NCBI GenBank assembly: GCA_049903315.1
Contig: JBNGBT010000009.1
Location: 51,924 to 115,923 of the forward strand
Direction: 5' to 3'
From: Candidatus Cloacimonadota bacterium
Lineage (GTDB): Bacteria > Cloacimonadota > Cloacimonadia > JGIOTU-2
DNA: 64,000 nucleotides
This document shows, piece by piece, positions 28,057 through 37,955 of the stretch (position 1 is the stretch's first letter; each line of letters opens with the position of its first letter). Both the position numbers and the translations under genes were made by a program. A model generated the notes under the pieces. That model was not told the origin of the DNA, ran no database searches, and was given only the letters and a program-made list of their open reading frames with translations.

Positions 28057-29799
28057 ATGAAGACAATAAGTGAATTTATTGAAGAATTAAAACAGCGCGG
28101 GAACGAGAGAGGTTTCATCACCTATGATGAGATCAATCAGTTACTTCCCGATAACCCGATCTTTTTAGATAAAATTGATGATATTTTTAATGAACTAAAG
28201 GACGCCGGGCTCGAAGTTCTTGATGAAACCATGAAGGGGGACATCCGCAAGAGAAAGCGTGCCCCGAAACCCAAAAAAGCTTCTGTCAAAATTAGTTTTT
28301 ACGACGATCCTGTCCGAATGTATCTGAAAGATATGGGAAAAGTTCCCTTACTCACGCCTGAAGATGAAGCCCATATTTCAAAAAGGATAGAGGACGCACA
28401 AACTACCATCAATAAAATGACCCTTAATTGTGGGAGCAGTCTCCGTGAATTTCAAAATGTAATCAAGCGTTACCGCGAAGGCAAGATCAAAATAGACCAG
28501 ATATTAAAAATAGAATTCGGCAGCTGGTTTGATAAAGAAAATAACGAACGGCTCATAACCCTGCTTGATGAACGAACAAAAAAATCCCTTGATTACTCTG
28601 ATGAGATCGAGAAGATTATCAACAAAAAACCCTCTAAACGATTCAGTAAAACTCAAACCGTAGGCGAGAAGATCAAGGAGAACCGCGATCAAATCATGGC
28701 GCTTTTTGAGGAGATGTGCTTCACAGATATGATGATCCAACGCCTTATTTACAGGATCAGCAGCTTGCTTGGCCGTATTAATGTCAGCCTTAACCGCATA
28801 AATGCTGTGAGCAACATCAAGGGATACAGTACTGCAAAGATTTGTACTCTGGGGAGAAAAGCAGAAAAGGGAAAACAAGATTTTAATGAGGTTGCAGAAT
28901 TAACCGGACTCGATCCCCATATCTTTATGGATGCTCTTCGTAAAATTAAGAACAACCGGCGTAAGATCCGCAGGGTTGAGCTCGAAACCCGTATGACTGC
29001 CGATGAGCTTAAGCGTCTTATGGATGATATCCGTAAGGCTCAGGACGAAAAAGAGCAGGCAAAAAATGATATTATAAAAGCCAATGTCCGCCTTGTGATC
29101 AGCATTGCAAAAAAATATAACAATCGCGGGCTCAGCTTCCTCGACCTTATCCAGGAAGGAAATATCGGGCTTATTCGTGCCGTAGAAAAATACGATTATC
29201 ACAAAGGATATAAATTTTCAACATATGCCACATGGTGGATCAGACAGACGATCACAAAGGGGATTGCTGACCAATCACGTACTATTCGTGTGCCCGTTCA
29301 TATGGCAGAGGCAATCAACAAGGTGAACCGTGCTCATAACAAACTTGTACAAGCACTCGGTCGTGAGCCCTATCCAGAAGAAATCGCACAAGAGCTTGAC
29401 CTTCCGGTAGAAAAAATAAAAAGCATTATCAATGTCTCAAAACGCCCAGTGTCCCTTGACAAGCCAGTTGGTGATGAAGACGGAGACACCACCCTCAGTG
29501 ATTTTATCGAAGATGATAACATGATCTCTCCTGAGAAAATAGCCGAGAGAACACTACTCAGAAAACAAGTCGAAGCAGTGCTTTCTACACTCACCAAGCG
29601 GGAGCGCCGCGTGATAAAACTACGATTCGGCATTGGAGACCAAACGCCCCGTACCCTTGAAGAGGTCGGACATATTTTTGATATTACTCGAGAACGTGTC
29701 CGTCAGATCGAAGAAAAAGCAAAAGAAAAACTACGTCATCATAGCAGGGCAAATATTCTTAAGAAGTATATGGATACATTCGAGGAATTCAACAGATAA
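28057..29799 (+). CDS. rpoD: Primary RNA polymerase sigma-70 factor
   Basis: Region 1.1, [41 protein letters not shown] and TLEEVG...[12 protein letters not shown] 28057 follows GGAG. Confidence 0.97.
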   Translation: MKTISEFIEELKQRGNERGFITYDEINQLLPDNPIFLDKIDDIFNELKDAGLEVLDETMKGDIRKRKRAPKPKKASVKISFYDDPVRMYLKDMGKVPLLTPEDEAHISKRIEDAQTTINKMTLNCGSSLREFQNVIKRYREGKIKIDQILKIEFGSWFDKENNERLITLLDERTKKSLDYSDEIEKIINKKPSKRFSKTQTVGEKIKENRDQIMALFEEMCFTDMMIQRLIYRISSLLGRINVSLNRINAVSNIKGYSTAKICTLGRKAEKGKQDFNEVAELTGLDPHIFMDALRKIKNNRRKIRRVELETRMTADELKRLMDDIRKAQDEKEQAKNDIIKANVRLVISIAKKYNNRGLSFLDLIQEGNIGLIRAVEKYDYHKGYKFSTYATWWIRQTITKGIADQSRTIRVPVHMAEAINKVNRAHNKLVQALGREPYPEEIAQELDLPVEKIKSIINVSKRPVSLDKPVGDEDGDTTLSDFIEDDNMISPEKIAERTLLRKQVEAVLSTLTKRERRVIKLRFGIGDQTPRTLEEVGHIFDITRERVRQIEEKAKEKLRHHSRANILKKYMDTFEEFNR

Positions 29800-29821
29800 A
29801 ACTTAATACCCCAAAAATACA

Positions 29822-29856
29822 TAAAAACCCCGAACTATAATTGTCCGGGGTTTTCT
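29822..29856. terminator. Bidirectional terminator between rpoD and the convergent gene
   Basis: AAAACCCCGAAC-7 nt-GTCCGGGGTTTT. Confidence 0.85.
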
Positions 29857-29877
29857 ATTATTAAGGAGAAATGGGAT

Positions 29878-32800
29878 TTATTTAAAAACGACGAACCTTT
29901 TTACGTCAAATGAGCTACCTGTTTGAAGTACATAGAAATATATGCCATTCGAAAGATCGTTGATATCTATAATCGCCTTTCCCTCGATACCTTGTACCGT
30001 TTTAACCAGCTCTCCAAGAATGTTATAGATGCTAATTTCTGTGTTTTGGTCGTTTGTGCTCCCCCTAATTTTGTAAAATATTTTTGTAGAACTCCTCGTA
30101 GGATTAGGGTACGAATTCCCAAGAACGTTCTCAAGATAGAAATCCGGAGAATTATCTCCGTTGCTATCTCCAGGGGTGTATTCTATAGAGCCATTGAATT
30201 CTGAAATTCCGTTGAGGTTCACTACTTCTAGCCAGTAATAATGTGGTGCGAGGATATTCGCATCAAGATCGGAAAAGTAATATTCATTGGTTTGTGTCGA
30301 CGTGCCTACTGCAGAAATAAGGCACTTGTTTATCCTATTTCCCACAGTTGAAACATCATCATGCTCGGAGCGATATACATTGAATCCCAGGACATCAGTT
30401 TCTGATGCAGTAGCCCAGGACAGCGACACAAATTCAATTGCTCCTTCGGTGCTGTACACAGCACTGAAGTATTGCAGTTCGACGGGTAGTGTGTTTAAAT
30501 TTTCACTCCCTGGGGTTCCCGTTCCTGTCGGATTTTCCGTCCACGACTCTTGATTTGTTCCAGAATTCAAGGACGTTCTTTCAAGCACTATTCCTGCATT
30601 CCAAGACCACGGATCTGCAGGATCATTGAACTGGTCGATGATTGCTTTTTTATCCGGAATGATGATTTCGACGATATCTTCTCCGCCATCAAGTGGAAAT
30701 TCTGATGTCATAGTTCCCCAGTCGAAGGGAGCTTGAAAATCTGCTGCTATCCCCATATATGTCATAGAGAATGCACCATGTTCTTGGCAAATGATTTTAT
30801 ATTGCGAAGGTTCTATCCAACCAAAAAGATCCAATGTGGCTGTTGGAGCAATGGCACCATTATCATAGTATCTAACCACAACATTGTTAAGGTCAATAAC
30901 AGAACTTGAAATATTTTGAAATTCAATAAAACCTGTATTTGGCTGACCCATTAGATCGACGCCATCTCCGACGATTTCTGTGATAATCAAATCTCCGGCT
31001 ACAGGTGTTGTGAGTGTAATTTCGCTTGCAGAAGGCACATCCCCGTCTGTTTTATAATTAATTGCTGTGCTTGAATTAGTATAGGGATAAATCTTGAAAT
31101 AATATGTAGTCCCTTCCAAAAGAGATGTCCAATTATAAGATCCCTTGCCGCTGTGAGCTATATTTACGATTCCTGCTCCATCAGAAAGATCTGTATCATC
31201 TACTTCTTCTGTTCCGTCAACTGGAGATACAATATCACCAAATCCCGTGTTATTTGCTTTTACCAAATATGCGTCTGGTAGTTGCCCTCCTTCTGAATCT
31301 GTCCATGAGCAGTTTATCTGATCTAGGCCAGTTCCGCCTTTTACTGCATCAAAATCTGTGACATGATTACTCGGTTCGGATTTGTAGGTTGTCGCGTCAT
31401 CATAGGGAACAGTTCCATCAGTTTTGTAATTCGTATATCCAAAGTCGTTAGTATAAGGATATATCTTAAAATTATACGTAGTTGAAGGACTACAATTATC
31501 AAATGAGTAGGATGTTGTTCCATGTGACACTTTCACATTTCCGCTACCATCAGTAAGGTCAGTATCATTGACTGGATCTGTGTTATCATCAGGTGGGACA
31601 ATTCCTCCTGTTGATGCTTTTATTAAGTAACCGTCGGCTGAATTATCGCCGTCATTTTCCGTCCAGGCAAGGTCTATCTGAACATCATCATAAGGAGTTG
31701 CACTAAAACCTGAAACATGATTCGATGGTTCTCTGGGATAATCTCCAGAATCTGCCCACCATTCATAAGCACCGATATCGACTTCTTCATTTATGGGAGC
31801 ATTTCGCTGATCCCTTGTATAACCTACCCCCCAAGCCGGTATTGAAGTATCATCACCATTATCTATGGCTATACTTCCTGAGCTCGTTTTTAACGTATAG
31901 GTTCCTTCTGTAGTAAAGTTGGACTCTAAATTAGAACTAAGATTCAAAAATGGTTGAGGGCCTGTATGATTAGATGCTTCTCCACTAAAATCGTATCCAT
32001 CATAATCTTCAATAATATTATAACCATAATCGTCCATATCTTCATCAGGTGGGTAGAAATACACATCATCACCTTCATCAGAATCAGAATCATTATTTCC
32101 GAGAATTGTATTCTTCAAACGGGCTGATGAATTAGGTCCGTAATAGATTCCTCCACCTTGACCGCCTGAATCGTTTTGGCTAATTGTTGCATTGCAAATA
32201 TATACTCTGCTTCCAGGATTTGTAACGGCAATGGAACGAGCTGATATCCCACCACCCTTAACTGCAGCAGTATTATGGGAAATTGTTGAATTACGAACAT
32301 CTAAGATCGGAGAGTAAGTTACATGAACGCTTTCGTAATTGCTGATACCTCCGCCATCTCCATCGGTTGTATTGTGATGAACTGTGCAATAATAAAGACT
32401 TAAAACACCCCTATAACCATTAAATATTCCTCCTCCACGATCATCTGCATGATTATAGACTATATTACAATTTTCCAGGATTAAATTAGCTTCCCTATTA
32501 TAAATACCTCCACCTCCGTTAGAAGTATTCCCATACCGAATAGTAACATCATGAATTCGAATATATCCCCAAGTATCAGATGTAGAGATAACTCTGCCAT
32601 CAGCAAGGCCCTGAACTGAATGACCTTGAATGATAGTGTCTTCTGCACCTGCACCTTGTAATGTAAGATCCTGGAAGGATCTGTTAACGATAATCGTTTG
32701 GGTTGTAGAACCATCCCAAAGATTAAATGTTCCTGAAGAAATGTAGATCACAATATCATTATCATCTGGGTCAGTAACATTATCTAAAGCGTATTGAATC

Positions 32801-32943
32801 GTCTGCCAGGCATCTGTTCCTGGTCCTGCGCCGTGGACTCCATCATCTGTACCCAGCGGGTCCACGTAGTAATAGTCAATCGCAAATAATCCAGTTGTTG
32901 TAAGTAATAAAATGATAAATAAAACAAGCTTCATTAATTTCAT
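29878..32943 (-). CDS. Large secreted multidomain protein: parallel beta-helix (GGGI/N repeats), two FN3-like repeats, lamin-tail-like domain, T9SS-type CTD
   Basis: Signal peptide; GGGIYN/GGGIFN repeats; DQRN...DIGAYE; two EPSNHV...TTY.FKIYPYTN...NYKTDG.VP repeats; LIITEI; TLPVEL; YPNP...IYNILGE...NGIYF. Confidence 0.85.
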   Translation of the reverse strand: MKLMKLVLFIILLLTTTGLFAIDYYYVDPLGTDDGVHGAGPGTDAWQTIQYALDNVTDPDDNDIVIYISSGTFNLWDGSTTQTIIVNRSFQDLTLQGAGAEDTIIQGHSVQGLADGRVISTSDTWGYIRIHDVTIRYGNTSNGGGGIYNREANLILENCNIVYNHADDRGGGIFNGYRGVLSLYYCTVHHNTTDGDGGGISNYESVHVTYSPILDVRNSTISHNTAAVKGGGISARSIAVTNPGSRVYICNATISQNDSGGQGGGIYYGPNSSARLKNTILGNNDSDSDEGDDVYFYPPDEDMDDYGYNIIEDYDGYDFSGEASNHTGPQPFLNLSSNLESNFTTEGTYTLKTSSGSIAIDNGDDTSIPAWGVGYTRDQRNAPINEEVDIGAYEWWADSGDYPREPSNHVSGFSATPYDDVQIDLAWTENDGDNSADGYLIKASTGGIVPPDDNTDPVNDTDLTDGSGNVKVSHGTTSYSFDNCSPSTTYNFKIYPYTNDFGYTNYKTDGTVPYDDATTYKSEPSNHVTDFDAVKGGTGLDQINCSWTDSEGGQLPDAYLVKANNTGFGDIVSPVDGTEEVDDTDLSDGAGIVNIAHSGKGSYNWTSLLEGTTYYFKIYPYTNSSTAINYKTDGDVPSASEITLTTPVAGDLIITEIVGDGVDLMGQPNTGFIEFQNISSSVIDLNNVVVRYYDNGAIAPTATLDLFGWIEPSQYKIICQEHGAFSMTYMGIAADFQAPFDWGTMTSEFPLDGGEDIVEIIIPDKKAIIDQFNDPADPWSWNAGIVLERTSLNSGTNQESWTENPTGTGTPGSENLNTLPVELQYFSAVYSTEGAIEFVSLSWATASETDVLGFNVYRSEHDDVSTVGNRINKCLISAVGTSTQTNEYYFSDLDANILAPHYYWLEVVNLNGISEFNGSIEYTPGDSNGDNSPDFYLENVLGNSYPNPTRSSTKIFYKIRGSTNDQNTEISIYNILGELVKTVQGIEGKAIIDINDLSNGIYFYVLQTGSSFDVKRFVVFK

Positions 32944-33111
32944 TTTTTTCCTCCTGTTTAGTTTTTTATGAAATTAGTTCTCGGATTCTGTTTCTGTATT
33001 CGTTACAATACATGTTCGTAGAAGTGCAAGATGAATGCGCACTTTTTTTTATAAAATTTAGTATTTTTCTGTCAATTATTTTATTTTAAAAATTTATCTT
33101 CATATTCCATA

Positions 33112-33165
33112 ACCCCGAAACACATATAAAATCCCAAATCTTCATTATTTGGGGTTTTTTTATTA
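33112..33165. repeat. Diverged direct-repeat copy of the rpoD terminator region (29808-29860)
   Basis: ACCCCGAAACACATATAAAATCCCAAATCTTCATTATTTGGGGTTTTTTTATTA versus ACCCCAAAAATACATAAAAACCCCGAACTATAATTGTCCGGGGTTTTCTATTA. Confidence 0.55.
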
Positions 33166-33307
33166 GGAAAAAAAGTCCAAAAATCTAAAAAATCCTTGAC
33201 GGCATCAGGACAAATGCTACTTTGTCTCATATTATTTTTCCAATATTGAGACTTAATAAACTTTATCACAAATAAACTTTGGATCTTAAGTTAGAAAGGA
33301 GTATTTT

Positions 33308-35470
33308 ATGCATAAAAAATTTAAGGTCTTTATATCCCTTCTTCTATTTCTTTTTATCGCTAATGTGTCTGTTGGGAGCTCAACAAACTCAAAACCAAAT
33401 TCTCACAAACAACACACCCTCAAAGTAACTACTGTACCGGTTTATCGTCTCAGAAGCGATTCCAATCAGGATCACTTTTATACTTCCAATCAGTTCGAGA
33501 TACCAGAATATACTGATGATGGTTACAGGTTTGAAAGTATTATCGGTGAGGTTTTTACAGAACAACAACCAAACACGGTGCCCTTGCATCGTCTGTACTG
33601 TCCATCAGAAAAAAACCATTATTACACTATCAGAGATAACTATGAAAAATTGACCACTCGATCATATAATCCATATACTTATGAAGGTGTCGTTGGATAT
33701 GTTTATGAAACAGAAGTGGAAAACTCTATTCCTCTCTATCGTTTAAGAAGCGATGCTCAAAAGAATCATTTTTATACCACAAATAGCAAAGAAAAGGATA
33801 TTGCTACCAAAAAAGGTTATCGTTTCGAACGTGTCGAATGTTATATACTTCCTTCCGAACAAAATAATGTGCAAAGTGATCCAGGCGTTGCGGTTAAGCC
33901 GCCTGGTGATGAAAAAAAATTAACTTCCCCACTTTACAGGCTACGGTCTGATTCGAACCAAGACCATTTCTACACATCCAATCAGGCAGAAATACCCGCA
34001 TTCACCGATCAGGGCTACCGGTTTGAAAGTATTATTGGTGACGTTTTTACAGAGCAACAACCAAATACAGTACCCCTACACCGCCTGTATTGTCCCTCTG
34101 AAAAGAACCATTTTTATACTATCAGGGATAATTATGATAAATTAGTTACTCGTTCCTATAATCCCTATACTTATGAAGGTATTGTTGGATATGTATATGA
34201 AACGGAAGTAGATAATTCTATTCCTCTATATCGTCTGAGAAGTGACGCTCAAAAGAATCATTTTTATACCACAAATAGCAAAGAAAAGGATAATGCAACC
34301 AAAAAAGGATATCGTTTTGAACGAATCGAATGCTATATCCTCCCTGAGGTTGTAGAAAATCAAGTAAATGATATTCAAGACGAACCTGTTATAGAGAAAA
34401 CTCCTTCCCCTCAAACCATGCCTACACAAGTTGAATATTCAGGAAATTTTGTTGAGGATGAAGATGTAAGAATTTATCAAGCTCATAATGGCTCTATCAC
34501 TCTTTTTGATTTTGATAATGATAATGACCTGGATCTTTTAGTTACAGGTAAACATCGTGCTGATTTGTATGAAAATGATGGTGCTGGTAATTTTGAAAAG
34601 CTGCCAGATGATTTTCAACCAGTACAATACGGCTGTGCTGTGGTGGGTGATGTTGATGGAGATAATTATAAAGATATCATCATAGCGAGCATGGGTAATA
34701 CGGTTTTATATAAGAATAATTCTGATGGAACATTTACCGAATCTTCCAGAAATTTTAAAGGATTGCATAGTACAGCAATGGCTATCGGTGATGTAGACGG
34801 TGATTTTGATCTTGATTTCTTAGTCTGTGGAAGAACTGGCAGTTTAGATAAAGAAACTCATTTGTACTTTAATAACGGAAACGGAATATTTGCGGAATCA
34901 TCCCAGGATTTTAAAGGTGTATCAAAAGGATCTGCAGAAATGGAAGATGTTGATGGTGACAATGACCTTGATATTCTTTTAACCGGAAATAAATCTGTTG
35001 TACTTTACATTAATAATGGTTCTGGGGTGTTTACGGAAAAGCCTTCTGGTTTCCCCGCACTTCTTGTAAGTGATAGCGATTTTGCTGATATCGATAGTGA
35101 TGGTGATAGCGACCTTGTTTTGATTGGTTCTACCGATGGAGATGAAATTACCAGAATCTATTTGAATAATGGAACAGGAAATTTTACTGATTCCGGACAA
35201 CGGCTTATAAATGTAGAAAACGGTGCCGCTAAATTTCATGATCTAGATTTAGATGGTGATCCTGACCTGCTTTTAAGTGGTTGGGATGGCGAGAATGGCA
35301 AAACTATTCTTTATTTAAACGACGGCTCAGGACTCTTTGTTGAAACAGAGATTAATCTTCCTGATGCCAATCAATCCATGGCAGACTTTGGTGATATTGA
35401 CAATGATGGTGATGTTGATATCATTTTTGGTGGCTATCGTGGTGGTACTGCCTTATACAGACAAGAATAA
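33308..35470 (+). CDS. Exported protein with two DUF5648-like repeats and FG-GAP/VCBS propeller repeats
   Basis: AAGGAG RBS; signal peptide; PLYRL...HFYT...GY..E motifs in a duplicated 139-aa unit; many GDVDGDxDxD plus LYxNxG motifs. Confidence 0.85.
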   Translation: MHKKFKVFISLLLFLFIANVSVGSSTNSKPNSHKQHTLKVTTVPVYRLRSDSNQDHFYTSNQFEIPEYTDDGYRFESIIGEVFTEQQPNTVPLHRLYCPSEKNHYYTIRDNYEKLTTRSYNPYTYEGVVGYVYETEVENSIPLYRLRSDAQKNHFYTTNSKEKDIATKKGYRFERVECYILPSEQNNVQSDPGVAVKPPGDEKKLTSPLYRLRSDSNQDHFYTSNQAEIPAFTDQGYRFESIIGDVFTEQQPNTVPLHRLYCPSEKNHFYTIRDNYDKLVTRSYNPYTYEGIVGYVYETEVDNSIPLYRLRSDAQKNHFYTTNSKEKDNATKKGYRFERIECYILPEVVENQVNDIQDEPVIEKTPSPQTMPTQVEYSGNFVEDEDVRIYQAHNGSITLFDFDNDNDLDLLVTGKHRADLYENDGAGNFEKLPDDFQPVQYGCAVVGDVDGDNYKDIIIASMGNTVLYKNNSDGTFTESSRNFKGLHSTAMAIGDVDGDFDLDFLVCGRTGSLDKETHLYFNNGNGIFAESSQDFKGVSKGSAEMEDVDGDNDLDILLTGNKSVVLYINNGSGVFTEKPSGFPALLVSDSDFADIDSDGDSDLVLIGSTDGDEITRIYLNNGTGNFTDSGQRLINVENGAAKFHDLDLDGDPDLLLSGWDGENGKTILYLNDGSGLFVETEINLPDANQSMADFGDIDNDGDVDIIFGGYRGGTALYRQE
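33437..34345 (+). repeat. Intragenic duplication: 33437-33853 and 33929-34345 (offset 492 bp)
   Basis: 13 amino-acid differences in 139 by manual alignment, plus many synonymous changes. Confidence 0.95.
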
Positions 35471-35490
35471 TTTATCATTAAAATATATTC

Positions 35491-35525
35491 GGGGGTTTGG
35501 TTTAATACTTAACCCCCCTTTTTTT
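35491..35525 (+). terminator. Rho-independent terminator
   Basis: GGGGGTT/AACCCCC stem followed by a T-run. Confidence 0.75.
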
Positions 35526-35605
35526 ATTGCAATTTTTGTTTCGGCTTCTATCATATTTTTTTCTCAAGGCACGCCAAGCTTGACAAAAATATTTATGTGC
35601 TACAA

Positions 35606-35643
35606 ATTTTACACTATGTAAAATGCTTTTACGTAAGGTAAAA
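35606..35643. promoter_or_regulatory. Tandem TetR-type operator palindromes at the tetR promoter
   Basis: ATTTTACA-CTA-TGTAAAAT (35606-35624) and TTTTAC-GTAAG-GTAAAA (35627-35643) downstream of TTGACA 35580. Confidence 0.7.
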
Positions 35644-35655
35644 TTGGTCATAAAA

Positions 35656-36258
35656 ATGAATAGAAAAGAAAAAGAAATGAATGCGCGCAGAGAAGCAATT
35701 GTTGCTGCTGCTGAAGAATTATTTCTCGACAAGGGCTTTCAGAATGTCACAATGGAAGAGATCGCCCGGAAAGCGGAATTCACGAGACCGACACTTTACG
35801 CGTATTTTAGCAACAAAGCAGAACTTTATTTGGTTATATTTACAAAAATTTCACTGATCCGCTGGAAATTGCTCAACGATGCAATGGCGACAAAAGATAC
35901 GGGCTATGACAAACTCTACGCTTTTGGTGATACCTATTATGAATTTGCAATCAAATATCCAGAATATCTGAAATTTATGCTGTACTGGGATCATTATGGG
36001 CTGCCTTTTGATAAAATAAATCCTGACATTGTAAATGCGTTTATTCAACCAAGGGATACGGCACGTCTCGATCTTGTGAATGCCTTTGAACTGGGGATAG
36101 CCGACAAGACTATTCGAGACGACATTAAAATTGAATATGTCATGCCCTACTTATGTATTACCACCCGCGCTGTTTTAAATGAAGTCGTTTTAGGGTATGC
36201 CGGAAAAGAATATTATTATAGTTTTCTTGAGTTGTTTCTAAGGGGACTAAAAAAATAA
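35656..36258 (+). CDS. TetR/AcrR family transcriptional regulator
   Basis: RREAIVAAAEELFLDKGFQNVTMEEIARKAEFTRPTLYAYFSNKAEL. Confidence 0.95.
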   Translation: MNRKEKEMNARREAIVAAAEELFLDKGFQNVTMEEIARKAEFTRPTLYAYFSNKAELYLVIFTKISLIRWKLLNDAMATKDTGYDKLYAFGDTYYEFAIKYPEYLKFMLYWDHYGLPFDKINPDIVNAFIQPRDTARLDLVNAFELGIADKTIRDDIKIEYVMPYLCITTRAVLNEVVLGYAGKEYYYSFLELFLRGLKK

Positions 36259-36277
36259 AGGCTGGCGGAGGTCTTCA

Positions 36278-37381
36278 ATGATAAAAAAGAAAAAATTACA
36301 TTGGGTAATTCTCTTGTGTGTATGTTTCCTTCCTATTATTTTACACGCTCAAAACTATCTAGATATGCCGGAGGGTATCTCGTATGACAGCATCTCAAAA
36401 AGTTATTTTGTTTCGTGCTGGAATCCTGCGTGTGTTGTAAAAATTGATAGTTTGGGAAATCAGAGTATTTTTAAATCCGGGCTAAATGCCTGTGCAAATA
36501 ATGTGCTGGTTGACTCTATACTCTATGTTTCCTACAGGTATGGAGTGAAGGCGTTTAATATTAACACTGGAGTTCAGGTTCTTTATAAGCCTATAAGTGC
36601 AAACAATTACTTCGACGGAATAGCATATCATGATGGTTATCTTTATCTCATTAATCACGGGCAGAAACTCTATAAGATAGATCTTTCAGATAGCTCTCAT
36701 GAATTGTTGGCGAGCACTGGTCTTGGTAACTATCCACAAGGACTCATCTATGATGAAGTAAATGACAGGCTGCTGTCCTGCTCTTTCCAGAATAGTGCTC
36801 CCATCGTTGCGATCGATCCTGAAACAGGACAGACGTCATATGCTCTGTGGACTGGATTGAATAATCTCGATGCCCTGGCCCAGGATCAACATGGCAACAT
36901 TTATGTTACCTGCAATGGAACGAGCTCGGTGTACAGGTACGATTCCAATTTGGAAAACAGGATAGTAGTTTCTTCCGGTCATAGCGGCCCTTCAGGCTTA
37001 GAATACAATCGTGAAGAGAATATTCTTGCGATCTCAAACTTTTTTACTGACGTTGTTGATTTCGTGTCGATGAGCCCTTATTCTGTCGATCCTTCTCCCG
37101 AGGATGGGATTCGTTTAAATCAAAATTTCCCCAATCCTTTCAATTCTTCTACAACCTTTCAGTTCTCGTTACGTAAATCCTCCAATGTTTCTCTCTCTTT
37201 GTTTGATTCCCGCGGTCGCCTTGTTCACAAACTTGTTGATGATTGCTATCCTTCCGGCACACATTGCGTGAATTGGGATAGAGAAATAAGCAGTGGTCAG
37301 GGCATTTCATCCGGAACTTACTTCGTCCTTCTGAAAAATGACGAACAGGAACTTGTAAGAAAAATTACGATTCTGAAGTAA
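36278..37381 (+). CDS. Secreted SMP-30/gluconolactonase-like beta-propeller with FlgD-Ig/T9SS-type CTD
   Basis: PEGISYD, FDGIAY, PQGLIYD and LDALAQD...GNIYV; QNFPNPFNSSTTFQF...SGTYF. Confidence 0.8.
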   Translation: MIKKKKLHWVILLCVCFLPIILHAQNYLDMPEGISYDSISKSYFVSCWNPACVVKIDSLGNQSIFKSGLNACANNVLVDSILYVSYRYGVKAFNINTGVQVLYKPISANNYFDGIAYHDGYLYLINHGQKLYKIDLSDSSHELLASTGLGNYPQGLIYDEVNDRLLSCSFQNSAPIVAIDPETGQTSYALWTGLNNLDALAQDQHGNIYVTCNGTSSVYRYDSNLENRIVVSSGHSGPSGLEYNREENILAISNFFTDVVDFVSMSPYSVDPSPEDGIRLNQNFPNPFNSSTTFQFSLRKSSNVSLSLFDSRGRLVHKLVDDCYPSGTHCVNWDREISSGQGISSGTYFVLLKNDEQELVRKITILK

Positions 37382-37466
37382 GTCTATTTCGAGTTTGTTG
37401 TTCCGTAAATTGTGACTGTAGGAAATTCGAGAACGAAAAAAATTTCTCTGAATATATCATATAATT

Positions 37467-37871
37467 TTAATCATCAAATCTGACTGATATTTCATCTATG
37501 TTTTCGTCACCCTTGAGGACTTTTTCCTGGAATTCGACGGTGGTGAGAAACCCCTTAGTTCTTCCTGCTTCGAAAATACCATAAAGCATCTTTGAGCCAA
37601 GCTCCAGATTTTTATGATACACCCGGACAATAATGCGCCTTTTAATCTGAAAACTCGCCTTGTTCACTACCTCAAAATAGACTTGGCAAAAGGTTGGGGC
37701 TTCTGTCTCGATCTTGATCTCCTGCACTTCCAGGTATTTATCAAGCTGTTTGTGGCAATACTTTGTTTGAAGCATACCGAATATTGCTGCTGCGAGGAGG
37801 AGCACCCAGATGAACATCGGCACTCTCTGTTTTCTTGTTTTTAATGTTTGGGGTTTTCGTACTCTTAACAT
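37467..37871 (-). CDS. Hypothetical single-TM membrane protein
   Basis: Basic N-terminus, TM segment FIWVLLLAAAIFGML, beta-rich C-terminal domain. Confidence 0.65.
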   Translation of the reverse strand: MLRVRKPQTLKTRKQRVPMFIWVLLLAAAIFGMLQTKYCHKQLDKYLEVQEIKIETEAPTFCQVYFEVVNKASFQIKRRIIVRVYHKNLELGSKMLYGIFEAGRTKGFLTTVEFQEKVLKGDENIDEISVRFDD

Positions 37872-37955
37872 ATGAGGAGAGTAGGCTGTCGAGAAATTTA
37901 CGGCAAGTTTTTCGAATAAAAAATTTCCATGCTATGAGGACAACTGATTACAAAA

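Noticed and set aside
33081..33269. 62-aa minus-strand ORF
   Set aside because: It spans promoter and hairpin elements of an AT-rich intergenic region and has no recognisable motif.
33437..34345. CRISPR array or DGR template/variable repeat pair
   Set aside because: An in-frame domain duplication with mainly synonymous changes not restricted to adenines; no spacers, cas genes or reverse transcriptase.
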